This document shows, piece after piece, positions 11,750-25,708 of a DNA stretch of 64,000 nucleotides. The DNA is from Azolla caroliniana (taxonomy: Eukaryota; Plantae; Polypodiophyta), in the NCBI GenBank assembly GCA_043228905.1, contig JBHGNT010000013.1, positions 3,472,001 to 3,536,000 on the forward strand. Direction: 5' to 3'. The notes beneath the pieces were generated by a model. That model was not told the origin of the DNA and did not search any database. It saw only the letters and a program-made list of their open reading frames with translations. Every line of letters begins with the position of its first letter. Position 1 is the stretch's first letter. A program made the position numbers and the translations under genes.

Positions 11750-12540
11750 ACTCTCTTCCTTGCCATCGGTACAACTAACCTCATTTTATCTAATTCAGTG
11801 AGGTGATAAGTAGCATTATTGTTTGCTTAGATTACCACATACGGCCCAAACTAATGCCTTGCAAATTTCCATATCGAGCTATGTTGGTTGTCTAGGTCAT
11901 TGTCATAAACAATAACCCAATCCCCTTCTTCGATCTTCTTCGGAAGTAGACGATATACTCAATCAAACCTTCTATTGTTCCATATTCTACCTTCCTTTAG
12001 TCTATTCAATGCCAACTTTGAGTCCTCTTGTCATCTTTCAGGTTGTCTTATTCATACTATCAAGAGGTCTTCTCTTAGACTACTCATTTCACTATCCCAT
12101 AGCATTTCCACACACGATGTGATCGACACTTCAATAGGCATTATAGGTTTCTAACCATACTTGAGCTCAAATTGGCATTATAGGCATATTATGCGTAACA
12201 TAGTAATCGAAACCATCTCCAACTTTTCTTGCACGAACTCTAACAATCACCTTGTCTATGGGTTTGTTCCTCTTTCTAATTTCCATTTTCTTCTGCTTTG
12301 TATGTAGTTGTGAGGGGAAGTTTAATTCCTAGGTTGTCATGCAGTTCTCTAGCTTCATGCGCATTCAATTCTCCTTTCTCCACTACTATCTTCCCTACAC
12401 ACCTGTATCGACATGTAGTGTCCTCCAAGAGAAATTTGCACACCAATGTCCTGGTCTTATTTCTTATTTCCTTTCCTTCTATTTTGTTTGTGGGATCTTT
12501 TTCCCTTCCTAGCACCATGTATTTGACCTTACCCACTCCA
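11750..12540 (-). pseudogene. Decayed gypsy integrase fragment
   Basis: VCKFLLEDTTCRYRCVGKIVVEKGELNA aligns with ICRFLIEDVICRYGCVGKIVADRGELDA of the 59687 ORF. Confidence 0.8.
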
Positions 12541-12687
12541 TAGTGAGAGAGACTGAGAGAGAGTGCAAAAATCAAAGAGTGGGGGAGAAAGTGAGTAAGA
12601 AAGTGGAAGAGGGTGACTTATAAACATCGGTTTAGCGAGAGAACAAGATTTGTAGTGCTTGAGCTCGAAAGCGATAACATTAGAGAG

Positions 12688-15600
12688 TGTAAAGAATCAA
12701 TGGTGATTCTTGTGAAGCAGAATAGGTGTGAACTGTGTGTGTGTGTGTATGAGATAGAGAGAGAGAGAGAGTATATGCAAGGATAAGTATATTAACAAAG
12801 GAGAAAGACTCAACTAAATACAAGGTGGGAGGAGGGTGCTTTATATAGTCACCCTCTCTCTTCATTAACTACAAGACTCATGGAGCATGGGGAATGTGAA
12901 AGCTCATAAGTTATGTGTCATAGAATTCTATGACTCATACTAAATGCTAGAATACAAAGAGGTGACATAATGGTGACTCTTGACCGTTGGAGTGTCTATT
13001 CACTCTCAAGGTGAATTCACACACTAGACCAAGTTGAGCTTCATTCTCAACACGCCCCCTCAAGCTCAAATCGGGTCGGTTTCAGACGGTATCTGAAATC
13101 TACTTCAACTCACGTTCCGGAGTCTGCGTCGACTCACGTCGACTCACTTTATGCGGAGTTGCGGAATCCGTGCTCCAGCTTGCGTTGTGCGTAGTTACGA
13201 AGTCTGTGCTTCAGCTTGCGTGCGGATTGCGAAGTCTGTGCTTCGGCTTGTGTCTTTCTTCGCGGGTTTGCGCGGTAGATCGGCTCTTCGCTGCTTCGTT
13301 ATTGCGTAGTGTGCGGTTGCGGAATCTACGCGTTATTGCGTAGTGTCTTCAGTACTCCCCTTCAAGCTTGGCAGGTCAGGGACCGTCAATACGAAATCGG
13401 TCATGAATTGCCATAACTTGTCAACTCCTAAGGCTTTAGTGAAGATGTCGGCTGTTTGAAGATTGGTGCTAATGTGTTGTAGGTCGACATCGCCAACCAG
13501 AACGCGCTCTCGGATGAAGTGATAGTGCACTTCGATGTGCTTTGTCCGCGCGTGGAACACCAGGTTCCGAGCCAGATAGATACTGCTCATGTTGTCGCAG
13601 TAAAGGGAAGTCGGATCCTTGATGGGTACGCCCAGATCCTTCAAAATCCTCTTGAGCCATACGGCTTCACACGCAGCTACGGCTGCGCCCCTGTATTCCG
13701 CTTCCGTACTCGAAAGAGCGACGGTAGGCTGCGTCTTGCTACTCCAGGATATTGCTCCGTTGTTGAGGGAGAAAACAAATCCGGAGGTTGATCTTCTATC
13801 AGCTCTGTAGCCGGCCCAATCGGCATCTATGTACCCCTCGAGGCGTATTGGCATCGCGGTCTTGTAGAGGATGCCACAATCCATTCTGCTGCTCACGTAC
13901 CATAGAACTCACTTAGCACAATCCAAGTGAGTATCACACGGTGTTTGCATGAATTGACTAAGGAGACCGACTGGATAACTGAGATCAGGTCGAGTGATTG
14001 TGAGGTAGATGAGACTCCCGATGAGTTGTCGATACTGAGTCGGCTCACACGCTTTGGTGCCGGAGTTCGCATCTAGTTTGAGATTACGATCGAGCGGGGT
14101 TGCCACGGATATGCACATAGCCATACCAAACTTGTTTAACAAGTTGAGGATGTAGTGCTGTTAAGAAATCATGATTCCGGCCAGAGTCCGAATTACCTCG
14201 ATGCCGAGGAAGTAGTGGAGTTCCTTCATGTCTGTCATCTCGAACTTGTCGGAAAGGAGGGATTTGACATTATTGATTTCGACGAGATGCTCACCTCCAA
14301 TGACTAGGTCATCCACATATAAGATGATGACGATCGGACTTGCGGAATCGCTTCGTATGTAGAGGGAGTTGTCCGATTTTGACATACGGAAGCCGATTTG
14401 ATGAAGATATTGCGTTATCTTCGAATGCCAAGCACGTGGTGCTTGCTTGAGGCCGTAGAGTGGCTTCTTGAGTCGGCATACATCTTTCGGATGGGTGCTT
14501 GAGTTGAAGCCGGGTGGTTGTATCATGTACACCTCTTCTAATTCACCTTGTAGAAAGGCGTTCTTGACGTCCATTTGATGGAGGTGCCACCCTTTCGCCA
14601 CGGCAAGCGCAATAACCGTCCGCACCGTTGTCATCTTTGCCACCGGGGCAAAGGTCTCCTCGTAGTCAACTCCGTGCGTTTGGGCGTAGACTTTCGCTAC
14701 GAGTCGCGCTTTGTAGCGGTTGCCGGAACCGTCAACATTGTACTTCAGTTTGTAAATCCATCTACATCCGATCGCCTTTTTGCGTGGTGAGGTGGGAACG
14801 AGATCCCACGTCTCGTTCTTGCGTAGTGCCTGCATCTCCTCGTTCATGGCTTCGATCCATCGCGGATCCTTGGCTGCTTCGGAAAAGGTTTCCGGCTCCC
14901 GTACTGTTGCTACCTTCATCATAAAGACGTAATGGTACGCCACATAATCGTTGTAGCCGAATCGGCTTACGGGGTTCTTTTCACAAGTGGATCGGTGGAG
15001 CTTTTCATTTGCAGAGATGAGGGCTTTCTTAGCTCTGATTGGCACATCGAAGCCAACGAACTCACTGTCGAGTGAGTGAGTCGATTCATCGTCGTCGAAG
15101 CGATCGTCTTCATATTCCGCCATTTTCGCCTTGCCTTTGTCCATTTTCGGGCTAGGCCATGATGTGCTTGGATCGCTCAAAGGCTCTTGTGGTCCGCTCA
15201 GTCGGGTCGTGATCGGACTTTCTTTGATCATCCTCGATCTTCATCCTCGATCTCTTGTTCGGAAGATTCCGGATCGAGCGGAGTCGGAGGCGAAGTTGTC
15301 TCTGGTGTGTACCAGGATGCAGACTCATAAAAAACGACGTATCGACTTACTCGAGATTTTCGAGTTGAGGGGTTGTAGCACTTGTACCCCTTTTGTTTGA
15401 GTGAGTATCCTACGAGGATACATTTGTCCGACTTCGGGTCAAGCTTTTGACGCTTCTCGTCGGAGATGTGCACGTACGCTATCACGCTGAATATCCGGGT
15501 GTGCGATAAGTCCGGCTTCTTTCCGAAGTATTTTTCGTGCGTAGTGACCTCGTGCACGCCGGATGTTGTGCACCGGTTCATTAGGTAGACGATCGTATTT

Positions 15601-17871
15601 GCAACTTCGGCCCAATATGAGTTGGACATATGCTTCTCGTTCATCATAGCCCGCACTACTTCGAGGATGTGTCGATTTTTGCGCTTGGCTACCCCGTTTC
15701 GTTGCGGAGTGTGTCGGCAAGTGAATTCTCGCCGAATTCCTTCCTTTCGGAGATACACCGTGAAATCGTCCGAGAAATACTCCTTGCCGCCATCCGATCG
15801 AAGGCAACGTACATGTCGGCCTGTGGCTTTCTCGACTTCATTCTTGAATGTTTGGAAGTGTCCGAACACTTCACTCTTTTGCCGCATCGGGTAGATCCAA
15901 ATGTGCCTAGAGAAGTCGTCGATGAAGAGCACGTAATATCGGCATCTGCCGAGTGTAGCCGTTTGCGCCGGTCCCCATATGTCGGAATGGACTACGTCGA
16001 GTAGACCTTTGCTCACGTTACGCTCTTTCGGGAATGGGTGTCGATGTTGCTTGCCGAATTGGCACGCTTCGCATACACCTTCAATCTCCTTTTCTTTGAA
16101 TGTCGGGAGTCCGATGACAACTCCTTTCGATTTCATTGCTTTGAGTTTGTTGAGATTGATGTGGCTGATTCACTTGTGCCACAACTCTATGTCGGAGTCG
16201 GCTTTCATGCCCTTTGCGAACATGGCCGATTTCATCTCGTGTGGGTCAAGAATGAACATTCGGCCCTCTCTTCGTCCGCGTGCGATGAGTCGGCCCTCTT
16301 TTTCAATGAAGCAACCACCTTGATTAAATTGAACTTGCATCCCTTGCTCTACAATTTGGCCAACGGAGACCAAATTCTTCATAATGGTCGGTACATGCAA
16401 GACATTTTTAATTTAATTTTGCTTACCTTCTTTTCCGAACGGAACATTGCCGATGTGCCAAATCGGGTGCGTAGTGTCGTCTCCGGTTTCGATATAGCCG
16501 GGTCGGTCCGACTCTCGAAGTTTTCGGAACCATTCTTGATGCGATGTCATATGGTTCGAGGCACCGGAATCGACAAACCATACGTCTTCCGGACCGGAGG
16601 CACTAGTTCAGGTAGTGGCCGACATAGAGTTTGCTCTATGTTTCATCATGAACATTCCACCACGGTCGAGGTTGTGTGCATACATTTTGCTATGATCTTC
16701 ATATTCGCAGTTGTGCCCATACATTCTGCCACAGTCGGAGTTGTGTGCATACATTCCGCCACGATCTTCGTAGTCGGAGTTGTGCACGTAATTCGTGAGT
16801 TGTCGGCTTGTGGAAGCTGATTCACGCATCTTCTTTCGGCACTCTTCTTCGTGGTGGCGGAGCTTTCCGCAATATCCGCATTCGATTGTGTTTTGACGGC
16901 TCGGGCCGGAGTGGAAGCTCCCCCTTCTTGCGAAGGTTCCTCGTTGGCTTCCGTTTTGCGGCCGAAATTGGGAGTTGTTGTCGTAGGTGGGACCTCGTCC
17001 GCCTTGTCCTTGGCTGAATCAGCCTCTCGCTCGTCCGCGTCCTCTTCCTCCATTCGAGTCCGTGTAGAGCATGTGGCCTTCCGACTCATTGCTCATTGTA
17101 CGCACGTGGTTTTCTTCGACCAATAGCATTGATTGGAGCTTGAAGGAGGGAGATTTCTCCCTTGCTAGAATGGCGGTTTGCATCGTGCCGAACCATGGTG
17201 CGAGGCCGCCGAGGCATATTTGTACCATGTCATCATCATCAATACTTACGCTTATTGAGTCGAGCGAGTCGCAAAGTTCCTTGATCTTCAAGGTGTATGT
17301 CGTGATGGACATGTCCCTCTGTTGAATGTTGTTCAACTCTTGGCGGAGTTGAAGCTTCCTTGCGGTCGTGTTGGCAACGAAAATCTTTCGTAGATTTTAC
17401 CATGCTTCCTTCGGTGTCTTGGCTTCTCGAATGTAACCGACCATGTGGTCGTGAACACATGTCGCCAAACAATACATCACGCAGCTTGCTGCTTGCTCCC
17501 ATGTCGCGTATCCGGGAGCCGTGTCGACGGGTCGGTCTTCATGCGCTCCTTTGATGTAGCTCCAATAGCCTTGTCCGACAAGGTATTGGTGCATCTTGTA
17601 CTCCCAAGATGCGAAGTTGTTTCGATCCAACTTCTCGGTAGGGAGAGCGCTCCCCATTTGAGTATTCATTATGTCGATTCTTCTTCTTCTTCTTCTCTCT
17701 TCGAATGTGAGCTATGTAGTGAAGCTACGTTAACGATGAGCCGGTTCTTGGTCGTCGGCGTGGAGCACAACACATGATCACGATGAGGCGAATGAGCTAG
17801 ATCGAACTACCAAATCGCTCTGATACCATGTAAAGAATCAATGGTGATTCTTGTGAAGCTGAATAGGTGTG

Positions 17872-17912
<41 letters not shown>

Positions 17913-18220
17913 AGATAGAGAGAGAGACACACAGAGTATACGCAAGGTTAAGTAGATTAACAAATGAGAAAGACAACATTATACAAGGTGGGAGGAGAGT
18001 GCTTTATGTAGACACCCTCTCTCTTCATTAACTACAAGACTCATGGAGCATGGGGAATGTGAAAGATCATAAGTTATGTGTCATAGAATATGATTCTATG
18101 ACTCATACTAAATGCTCGAATACAAAGTGGTGACATAGTGGTGACTCTTGACCGTTGGAGTGTCTCTTCACTCTCAAGGTGAGTTCACACACTAGACCAA
18201 GTTGAGCTTGATTCTCAACA
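12688..18220 (-). mobile_element. Full-length Ty1/copia LTR retrotransposon (pseudogenised)
   Basis: LTRs 12688-13052 and 17829-18220 (TG..CA). TSD GAGAG on both sides. tRNA-iMet PBS TGGTATCAGAGC at 17817-17828. PPT next to 13053. Domain order gag-PR-INT-RT-RH. Confidence 0.96.
13333..17669 (-). pseudogene. Copia gag-pol polyprotein broken by stops and frameshifts
   Basis: gag at 17019-17669; FVDSGAS protease near 16575; integrase VHSDIWGP...LRSDGGKEY; RT HQMDVKNAFL...YVDDL; RNase H DADWA...TEAEY. Confidence 0.93.
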
Positions 18221-21200
18221 GAGAGCACACAATAGAGTTAGATCACAATAGTGGCAGAACAACATAACAATAGGGAGATTAATAATATATGAGAGCAGCT
18301 TTGATATTAAGATTTTTTTAGTTGTTGCAGGCCATCATTGTGCGTTGTGTATTAATACATCACTAACTACATCGCCACAACAATAATACAAGATTGACAC
18401 GTCGAGTAGATATAGGCATAGTGCCATGTTTTCGTGTCATTTTACCCTTATCATATAGTAGTGCTTCTTGATCTCTATATTAGGGGCAACAAGAATGTAG
18501 TAATTGTCGCCCTAATATTGTAAACAAACATGTACACTTCCTTCCAATGGGCCTCCATTCGAGGGATATCATTTACCCTATTTTGAACACCGAAGCACCT
18601 CTTAGAAAAATAATGTCAAGATTATTGTCAATCTCACATTTGATTTAGAGAGAACCAGTACATGTTTCTGTGGAAGTTGATGGTGTATCATTTTAAGTAT
18701 GACCTCATGGTTTCATGTCTGTTGATCCTTGTAAAAGGTTTTAGGCCATTGTTGTGATGTGGCATGTGCAAAGGAAGAAAAGTACTAGAATATAAGTTTT
18801 TGATAGGTAAATGGTTTGGTTAGAGAAGTAGCAAAATTAGAGGAGATGGCTTGGAATTCAAGCCAATAATTGAAGCTAGCTAAATTGGTGAGAGTTGTCC
18901 ACTTGAATGGAAATATTAAGAGTCTGAACCCAACTAGGAGCAACGAAGAGAAAATGTTTGTTATAATGCAAAAGTGATGATAATGTAGTGGATATGGAAT
19001 CAAGCATTTTATTAGCACCAAGCGCCCTTGGTATGAAAAAGATAGGTGCATGCTAAAGGAAAAAGTTATGATGCATGCTAAAAGAATATCATTATTTTTG
19101 TCTGGCAGGAAAGTGCCAAATTCCCATATAATAGGCAAGAGAGTTCATTGTCAGCGTTGTAGTTTTGGGATTCCAAATGCCTAGGTTTTGATGGAAATTC
19201 AAACCACTAGGCCAGTGGCTCAAGAGAGTGCAACGAGAAGTATGAAGAGAAAGTTGGCATGGCCTTCATTCATAGAATTACCACGTCGAAACTCAAAGTT
19301 ATCCATCTATTTTTTTTCCCTTGGTCTAAATTATATTCACCCTATTTAGAAAGGTTCTCTAATGTAAATATGGGTATTAATCATGAGTTTTTTTTTTTTT
19401 CCAAAATGATGCTACTTTCCCTTTAGTTAGGTAGGATTATTACAAAGAGACTGTACAAGGAGGCTTAAACATAGATCGGGGAATCTCCCTCCGATCAAGT
19501 TAAAGAAATTGAGACTAGTTACATCGCCTTTCGGACTGACTACTTAGTGTAAGTACCTATAGCTAAAACAATGCCCTTCAGTGATGACTAGTGCGAGACA
19601 ACACTTGGGGTTGACAACAAAGGGAGGGTGGTAAGTGAGCCGGAAACAGCCAACGTGGGGGCTGGTAGTTCCGCCATTTCAGCCAAAAGCGCAAGCGGGC
19701 TCAGAGGAATGGTTGCAAACCTCGTCCAATTGCCCTCGTAGGCAGCTAATAAGCGCAAACCATATGTCCATGATGACTTCCTCCAAGGGCTGCACCAGAT
19801 CCTGGAAGACCTTTAGGCAATGTTGTCGCGTTGTTACGCGTGTGCATGTAGAAAGGGGCGGGACCACGGGGGTCTCGGACGAGGGAGCTCGAGAGACAAG
19901 AAAACCGACTCTGGACACGTCCCGGAGGCAACCGAACACGAGAGAGAGAGAGAGAGAGCTTGCGCGCGCTACACCGACTCTTATGCACGGAAAACAGAAA
20001 GGGGTAGAAACACCCGACACTACCAGAGACGCGGATGTGCACAACCAAACATATATATATATATATGTTACAATGTGAGAGATACAAACCCGACTTCGAG
20101 CCAGACCTAGGAAGCTCAGTATACAACAGTTGTCTACTGCCAAGCCGTCGGTCGGGGAGCTCTTGGGCTCGTCGCGTCGAGCAGGGTCTTGCGCAGGAGA
20201 CAGGGCCAAAATAGAGCCGCTAGATGCTAGGACTCGCTCACCCAAAACAACGAAGAAGAAGTAGAACTAGATGAAACCCTAGGCAAGAGAAAATAAAGAA
20301 AAGAACTAACTTACTTCGACCCTAACGGTATACCCTCCTAACTCAAAATGGGCAACCCTTTTACAAGGGATCCTCCATTCCTTTTATAGCACAAGGAGGG
20401 AGGTGCGTAACCATGTGGGATAAATCCCAATTTACATGGGATTCCCTATCCCGACTTGAGTCCTACTCGGCGCCCTAAAGGCACCCCTATTATTCACACG
20501 TTTTTACAAGGATAAGTGCACATGATGCACTCCGTCGATTCTTCCAATATTCCCCAATTTCTCACTATGGGCCGGAATCTTCACGACATCCGCCCCCACT
20601 AAACCGCACGTCCACTGGTACGTGCCAAGTTCGGAGAAGGGTGAGAGATTTCGGCCGGTGAGGAACCGGTCTTCTGTAATCCGCATTTCAACTGCGCGTT
20701 GGCCTCGCTCGTCCGAACCATCGGCTCTGGTTCCTTCTCCGCGTTTGCTTCTCCGTAGGCTTGTTCGACCCGTCGATAGGTTATTCGCTGCGATCTCGTA
20801 GTGTGCGTGCTTCCCCATTGGCCCTTCTTCCGACCGCATGCATGCTTCTCGTTCCTTCGGATACGCGGTGTCCTCCGTCCGAGGAGCACCCGTGATGGCC
20901 CGCTTGGCCTCAGTCGACCTTTGCGTCGTCCCGATTCTCATTCCGCGCTGACCTCCACCACCTTCATCCCCTCGTTGCCACCTACCTTCTCCTTGGTCTT
21001 ACGTTGCCACGGCGGCTGAACTGCCAAGGTCTCCGGAACCAGTGTGGAGGGTGGTCCCTCTCCGGCCTTCTATGTGAGATCACCTGTATTCCCGCTCTGG
21101 CACCTCCGTGTGCCGCACATCCCCTTCTCGTGCTCGGCACCGCCCGTGCCGAACTCGGTTACTCCCCCATGCACGCGTCATCAGCCCTCGTCCGGCCAGA

Positions 21201-21457
21201 TCGTGCATCGCCGCCTTTCTGCGTACCGGTGTCCTCCGCATCCAAGGAACACCCCATAGTAGCCCGCTTGCGCTATTCCCACCAGTTTGGAGCCTTCCGC
21301 TTGCCGTCGTCCCCTCGTCCCCACCAGCTTGTTATCTCGGGTTTGGCACGCTACGCCAGTCGTTGCCACTCCGATTGAGCCACTGAGATCTCCGAAGCGG
21401 GTGTGGAGGATCCTCCCTTGGACCTTGTCATTGCCTCTTGTCTTCAACCGTGCAGCT

Positions 21458-22055
21458 TGTAGCGTTGTCGCGAAGATTCGCGCGTGCGTGTGCTACTCGA
21501 GCGACCACCGGGGTCTTGGACTGGGGAGGACGTTCGCGGAATTATCGAAGAGATGACGATCAATGTAAGATTAGACGGAATTTGTTCACTTGAGAAGAAG
21601 AAAGCTTGTACACTTGAGAAGTAGAAAATAATGAAGAAGATAAAGACAAATATAATTTATATTGATGATAATGGTGTTGGTGATATCACATATTGAGCCC
21701 CCCTTACACAAGCCCAACTAGAGGCTTTTATAGGTCTTTCCATGCTTGTGACATGCACAAAACCATGGGCTAAAACCATGGTTTTGTGCACACGGTTTTG
21801 CTTATGTCATGCACAAGCCATGGGTTTAAAACCATGGTTTTGTGCACATGGTTTTCTATGGTTGTTTCGTCTATAATTTGTATATGAAAAGGAAATACAT
21901 AAATTCTACACTATGTGATAGTTGTCCTAGTGGTAAGGCAATTATCTTGTATCTTAGAGGTGCAAAGTTCAAACCTTGCTTGCACCCCTCTGTATGAACT
22001 CAAGTGCCACTAGGCCTTAGGAGGCTTATTTGCTAAGTGTATGTGCAATGTTGCA
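21458..22055 (-). mobile_element. Probable solo LTR containing a tRNA-like module
   Basis: AT-rich island with TGTAGCG...TGTTGCA ends. Minus-strand TATA near 21730. The start resembles the other gypsy LTRs. The TSD is not clean. Confidence 0.55.
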
Positions 22056-22654
22056 CATCCTTGGTTTATTCGTCTCACTCGGTTTCACACCGTAGCCGAA
22101 AATCGTCACGACAGCGTGCCCTCGTCCACGTTCCCGGCATCATTGTGTATCGTCTTCTGTTCCCTTGTTCGGTGCCACCTGCACCGAACGTCGTACCTTA
22201 CTCGTGCTTTGATTCGGCCCTCGATGGCCACTTGCACGATCCTTCTTCAGCTCTGGGTGTGCCTTTCCAGCCCGGCACACCACTTCATGCTTACCTTGCC
22301 GGCCCTTTGGAAACCGTAATCGGCCGGTAAAGGTTTCGCACCCCGACTACCCCGTCTTGCCGGCTTTCATTGTTGTCGGGTCCCGTTTCCCGCCGCCACC
22401 GTCTTTCTCCTTGGTCTTACGTCGCCTCGCAGGCTTGCACTACCAAGGTCTCCGAAGCCAATGTGGGGACCCCACAGGACCAGCTCTCTGCTTCCGCCAC
22501 CATCGCTTCTCCGCATACCGGTGTCCCCCGCGTACGAGGAACACCCCGTAGTCACCCACTTGGCCACTTTCTTTCATATAACACCTTGGTTGGTCGGTGC
22601 CTTTGCTGTTGCCGCCTTCGCCCCCTTGCTGCCACCTTCCATTACCCTCGGTCT

Positions 22655-23189
22655 TGTTAGGAAACAGGTCCCTCTAGATGGGAAGTGAGAAGAACAGTAC
22701 TGATGAGCAAACTTAGCTGAGGCCGATAGGCCGAGGCCGAAACCGGATGTTGCAGACCCGGTGAGAACCGGATGTGGAGTACCCGACAAGAGCCGGATGG
22801 TGAAGGCCCGGTGAGAGCCGGATGACAAGTACCCGGCAAGAGCCGAATGGTGAAGACCCGGTGAGAACCGGATGTTGCAGACACGGTGAGAACCGGATGT
22901 GGAGTACCTGACAAGAGTCGGATGGTGAAGGCCCGATGAGAGCCGGATGACAAGTACCCGGCAAGAGCCGGATGGTGAAGACCCGATGAGAACCGGATGA
23001 CAAGTACCCGACAACGGAAGACCCGGTGAGAACCGGATGACAAGTACCCGGCAAGAGCCGGATGATGCAGGCCCGGTGAGGAGTGCTCACCAGATGAAGG
23101 GACATATTCGTAAATATGTTTTCTGAGAGTCCATCGGGGCTATATTTGTAAATAGCCGAAAAGTCATATTAGTATAAATATGACTTAGG
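22655..23189 (+). mobile_element. Truncated copia LTR fragment with expanded internal tandem repeats
   Basis: Starts TGTTAGGAAACAGGTCCC like the LTR at 27202 and stops just after the TATA hairpin. It has more GAGAACCGGATG...GTACCCG units. Confidence 0.85.
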
Positions 23190-24977
23190 ACCACTCCCTT
23201 TTCCGTCTCGGTTGCCCGCCTTGCCGCCGCCACCGTTCTTCCCTCTAGGTCTCACGCAGGCTCTCGTTGTCGGCTGCCGAGGTGTCTAGAACCAGTGTCT
23301 GTAAGGTCGCGACAACACCGCTTGCCATTTTCCCCTCGCCGTAGTCCCAACCTTCGCGCCCGCCTCTTCTGTTGGTCACGTTCACCTGCCGCCACTGATC
23401 TCTCCTATAGGACTCACGTCAACACTCGGGCCGACCGCCAGATCGGTGTGAGGATCTCCATAGACCGCCCATCCGCAGTTTGCACATCGTCAGTTCTCGT
23501 TTCCTGCCGCCACCATCCTTCTCACTCGGTCTCACGTTGCCATGTCGGCTCAAACTACCGGTGTCTCCGGATCTGTGTGAGGATCCCATAGGACCGTCTT
23601 TCTTTCCTTCTTCTTTCGACCTTACTGGAAGGTCCGGTTTTGGTTTGTGGTTGCCTCGCCAGCCCGATACCTCCTTGCTACTCTGCCCCCGTCGTCCGAT
23701 CACGTTCTCTTGCCGCCACCATCCTTTCCTGTAGGACTCACGTCGGCACTCAGGCCGACCGCCGGATCGGTGTGAGGATCTCCGTGGGACCTCCTCTTCT
23801 ACAGTCCTTTTCCTTCGTCCCCTCGCCGCCACCGTTCATCACTCTAGGTCTCACGCTGGCTCTCGGGCCGACCATTGGAGTCTCTAAAACCGGTGTGAAG
23901 GATCCTCCTCGGGCTTGTCGTATCTCTGACCCTTATCCCGGGTCTTCCTTCTTCGCATGTTGGGAGGGTGGCTCGCTCCACACCTTCCCCCGTGGTACCG
24001 ATGTACCGGTTATCGGCCTCTTCTGTTGGTCACGTTCACCTGCCGCCACCGTCCCTTCCTATAGGACTCATGCCGGCTCTCGGGTCGACCGCCAGATTGG
24101 TGTGAGGATCTCCGTAGACCGCCCATCCACAGTTCCCACAACGCCAGTTCCCATTTCCTGCCGCCACCATCCTTCTCACTTGATCTCACGTTGCCACGTC
24201 AGCTTAAATTGCCGATGTCTCCTGGTTGGTGTGAGGATCCCATAGGAACTCTCTTTTGTTGCCTTTGCCCTCATCCCCTCGCCGCCACCATCAGTCTCTT
24301 GGTCTTACGCCGGCTCCGCTGCCGACTGCCAAAGTCTTTAGATCCGGTGTGAAGGATCCTCCTCGGGCCTCCCGTCTTCCCGAACCTTCTAGATCGATTA
24401 TCTGGAAGTCCGCTCCGCCATTCTCTGGATTGCTGAGTCCCGTTCTCTACGCTTCCCTACCATCTCCCTTCTCTTTCGGACTCACGTTATCTTGTTGGCT
24501 TGAACTGCCGAAGTCTCCGGTCAAGATGTGGTGTTACCGATTTCGTAACGTCCTCCGGCGACTCGTCCCAGGCCACCGACCCTTTTAGTGGTGTCATTGG
24601 ATAGCATCCGCTCTGTGATCAATCAAGCCCCGCATGGGCTTGATTCTCCAATGTCCGGATTCTCGGCTCCGATGCCGATCCTGCGGACTCGCCCTGAACC
24701 CTTGATCACCTTCCTTTCGATTCCTGACCTTCGCCCGGTCGGTCTTTCTCCCCATGCAAAAGAGGGCGGCTTGTTCTGCACCCTCTCCTGTATCGGCACA
24801 TTCATGCCGATTCTAGCCCCGATCGAACTATCCACGATCGGATCGCGCCCCACCCGAATCGGAGTGTCGTGTGGGTCGGTCCCCGGTCGGGTCGTTTCAT
24901 GGTTTCTTCGTCGACCTTCTCGCGGGCCACTTCCCATCCATCTTCGTTGGCATCGTGCCAGGACTCCTCGATACCAT

Positions 24978-25482
24978 TGTCGCGTTGTTACGCGCGTGCG
25001 TGTAGAAGGGGCGGGACGACAGGGGTCTTGGACCAAGGAGTAGAGGAGAAAGAATAAGATATGATACGGAGGCTTAGCTCAAGAGGAGAAGAAGAAAGAA
25101 TAAGACCATGACATAGAAGGAGAGACCGGCGGAGGTAAGATACTCAACAAGATATATTAAAACAAACGAATGATTACAACAATGGTGGCCGCATGGGCCG
25201 CATCAAACGACTATGAGAAAACCCTAACCAAAGATGAATAAGGAAAACCCTAAACGAAACCCTAACCCTAAAATGGTAAGAACTCTAGACTAAGTGGTAT
25301 ACCTCTTATACGCAAAATAGGCAACCCTTCATAAGTGACCCCTCCCTTCCTTTTATAGCCCAAGGAGGGAGGGACCTTACAATGTGGGATAAAATTTCCT
25401 AGTAATCGTGTGCACATGTTGCACACCACCGACTTGCCCTTTCCACCCCGGTTTCCGCCTATGGACGAAATTCTTCACGACA
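24978..25482 (-). mobile_element. Solo LTR of a related gypsy family
   Basis: TGTCGCGTTGTTACGCG...TTCACGACA termini shared with the 19824 LTR; 4-bp TSD CCAT/CCGT. Confidence 0.85.
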
Positions 25483-25708
25483 CCGTCATCCATCTCCTCG
25501 GTCTCACATGGGCGTAAGGGCCCAAATGCCAAGTTCTCCGGATTTGGCCCCGAGGGCTCTTGTTCGTTCCTTCCCTGTATCGTCTCGCCGGTGATTCTCA
25601 GTCTCATGCCACCGCCTTCCTCCTCTTGGGACTCATGTGGGCACTCGGGCCCGACTGCCATCGTCTCGGGAGCAAGTGTGGGAAGTCGCGAAGAATCTCC
25701 CGTCCCTT

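Noticed and set aside
21918-21990. Functional tRNA genes at the tRNA-like modules
   Set aside because: The acceptor and anticodon stems are incomplete and no clear terminators are present. They are treated as tRNA-derived motifs.
22695-22755. CTGATGAG...GGCCGAAAC in the copia LTR fragment as a hammerhead
   Set aside because: There is no GUH triplet or closing stem I after GAAAC, and the GAAA is not conserved in the two full LTRs.
22740-23080. Regular short repeats as a CRISPR array (also 40156-40505 and 45430-45640)
   Set aside because: The context is eukaryotic, there are no unique spacers and no cas genes. They are tandem repeats.
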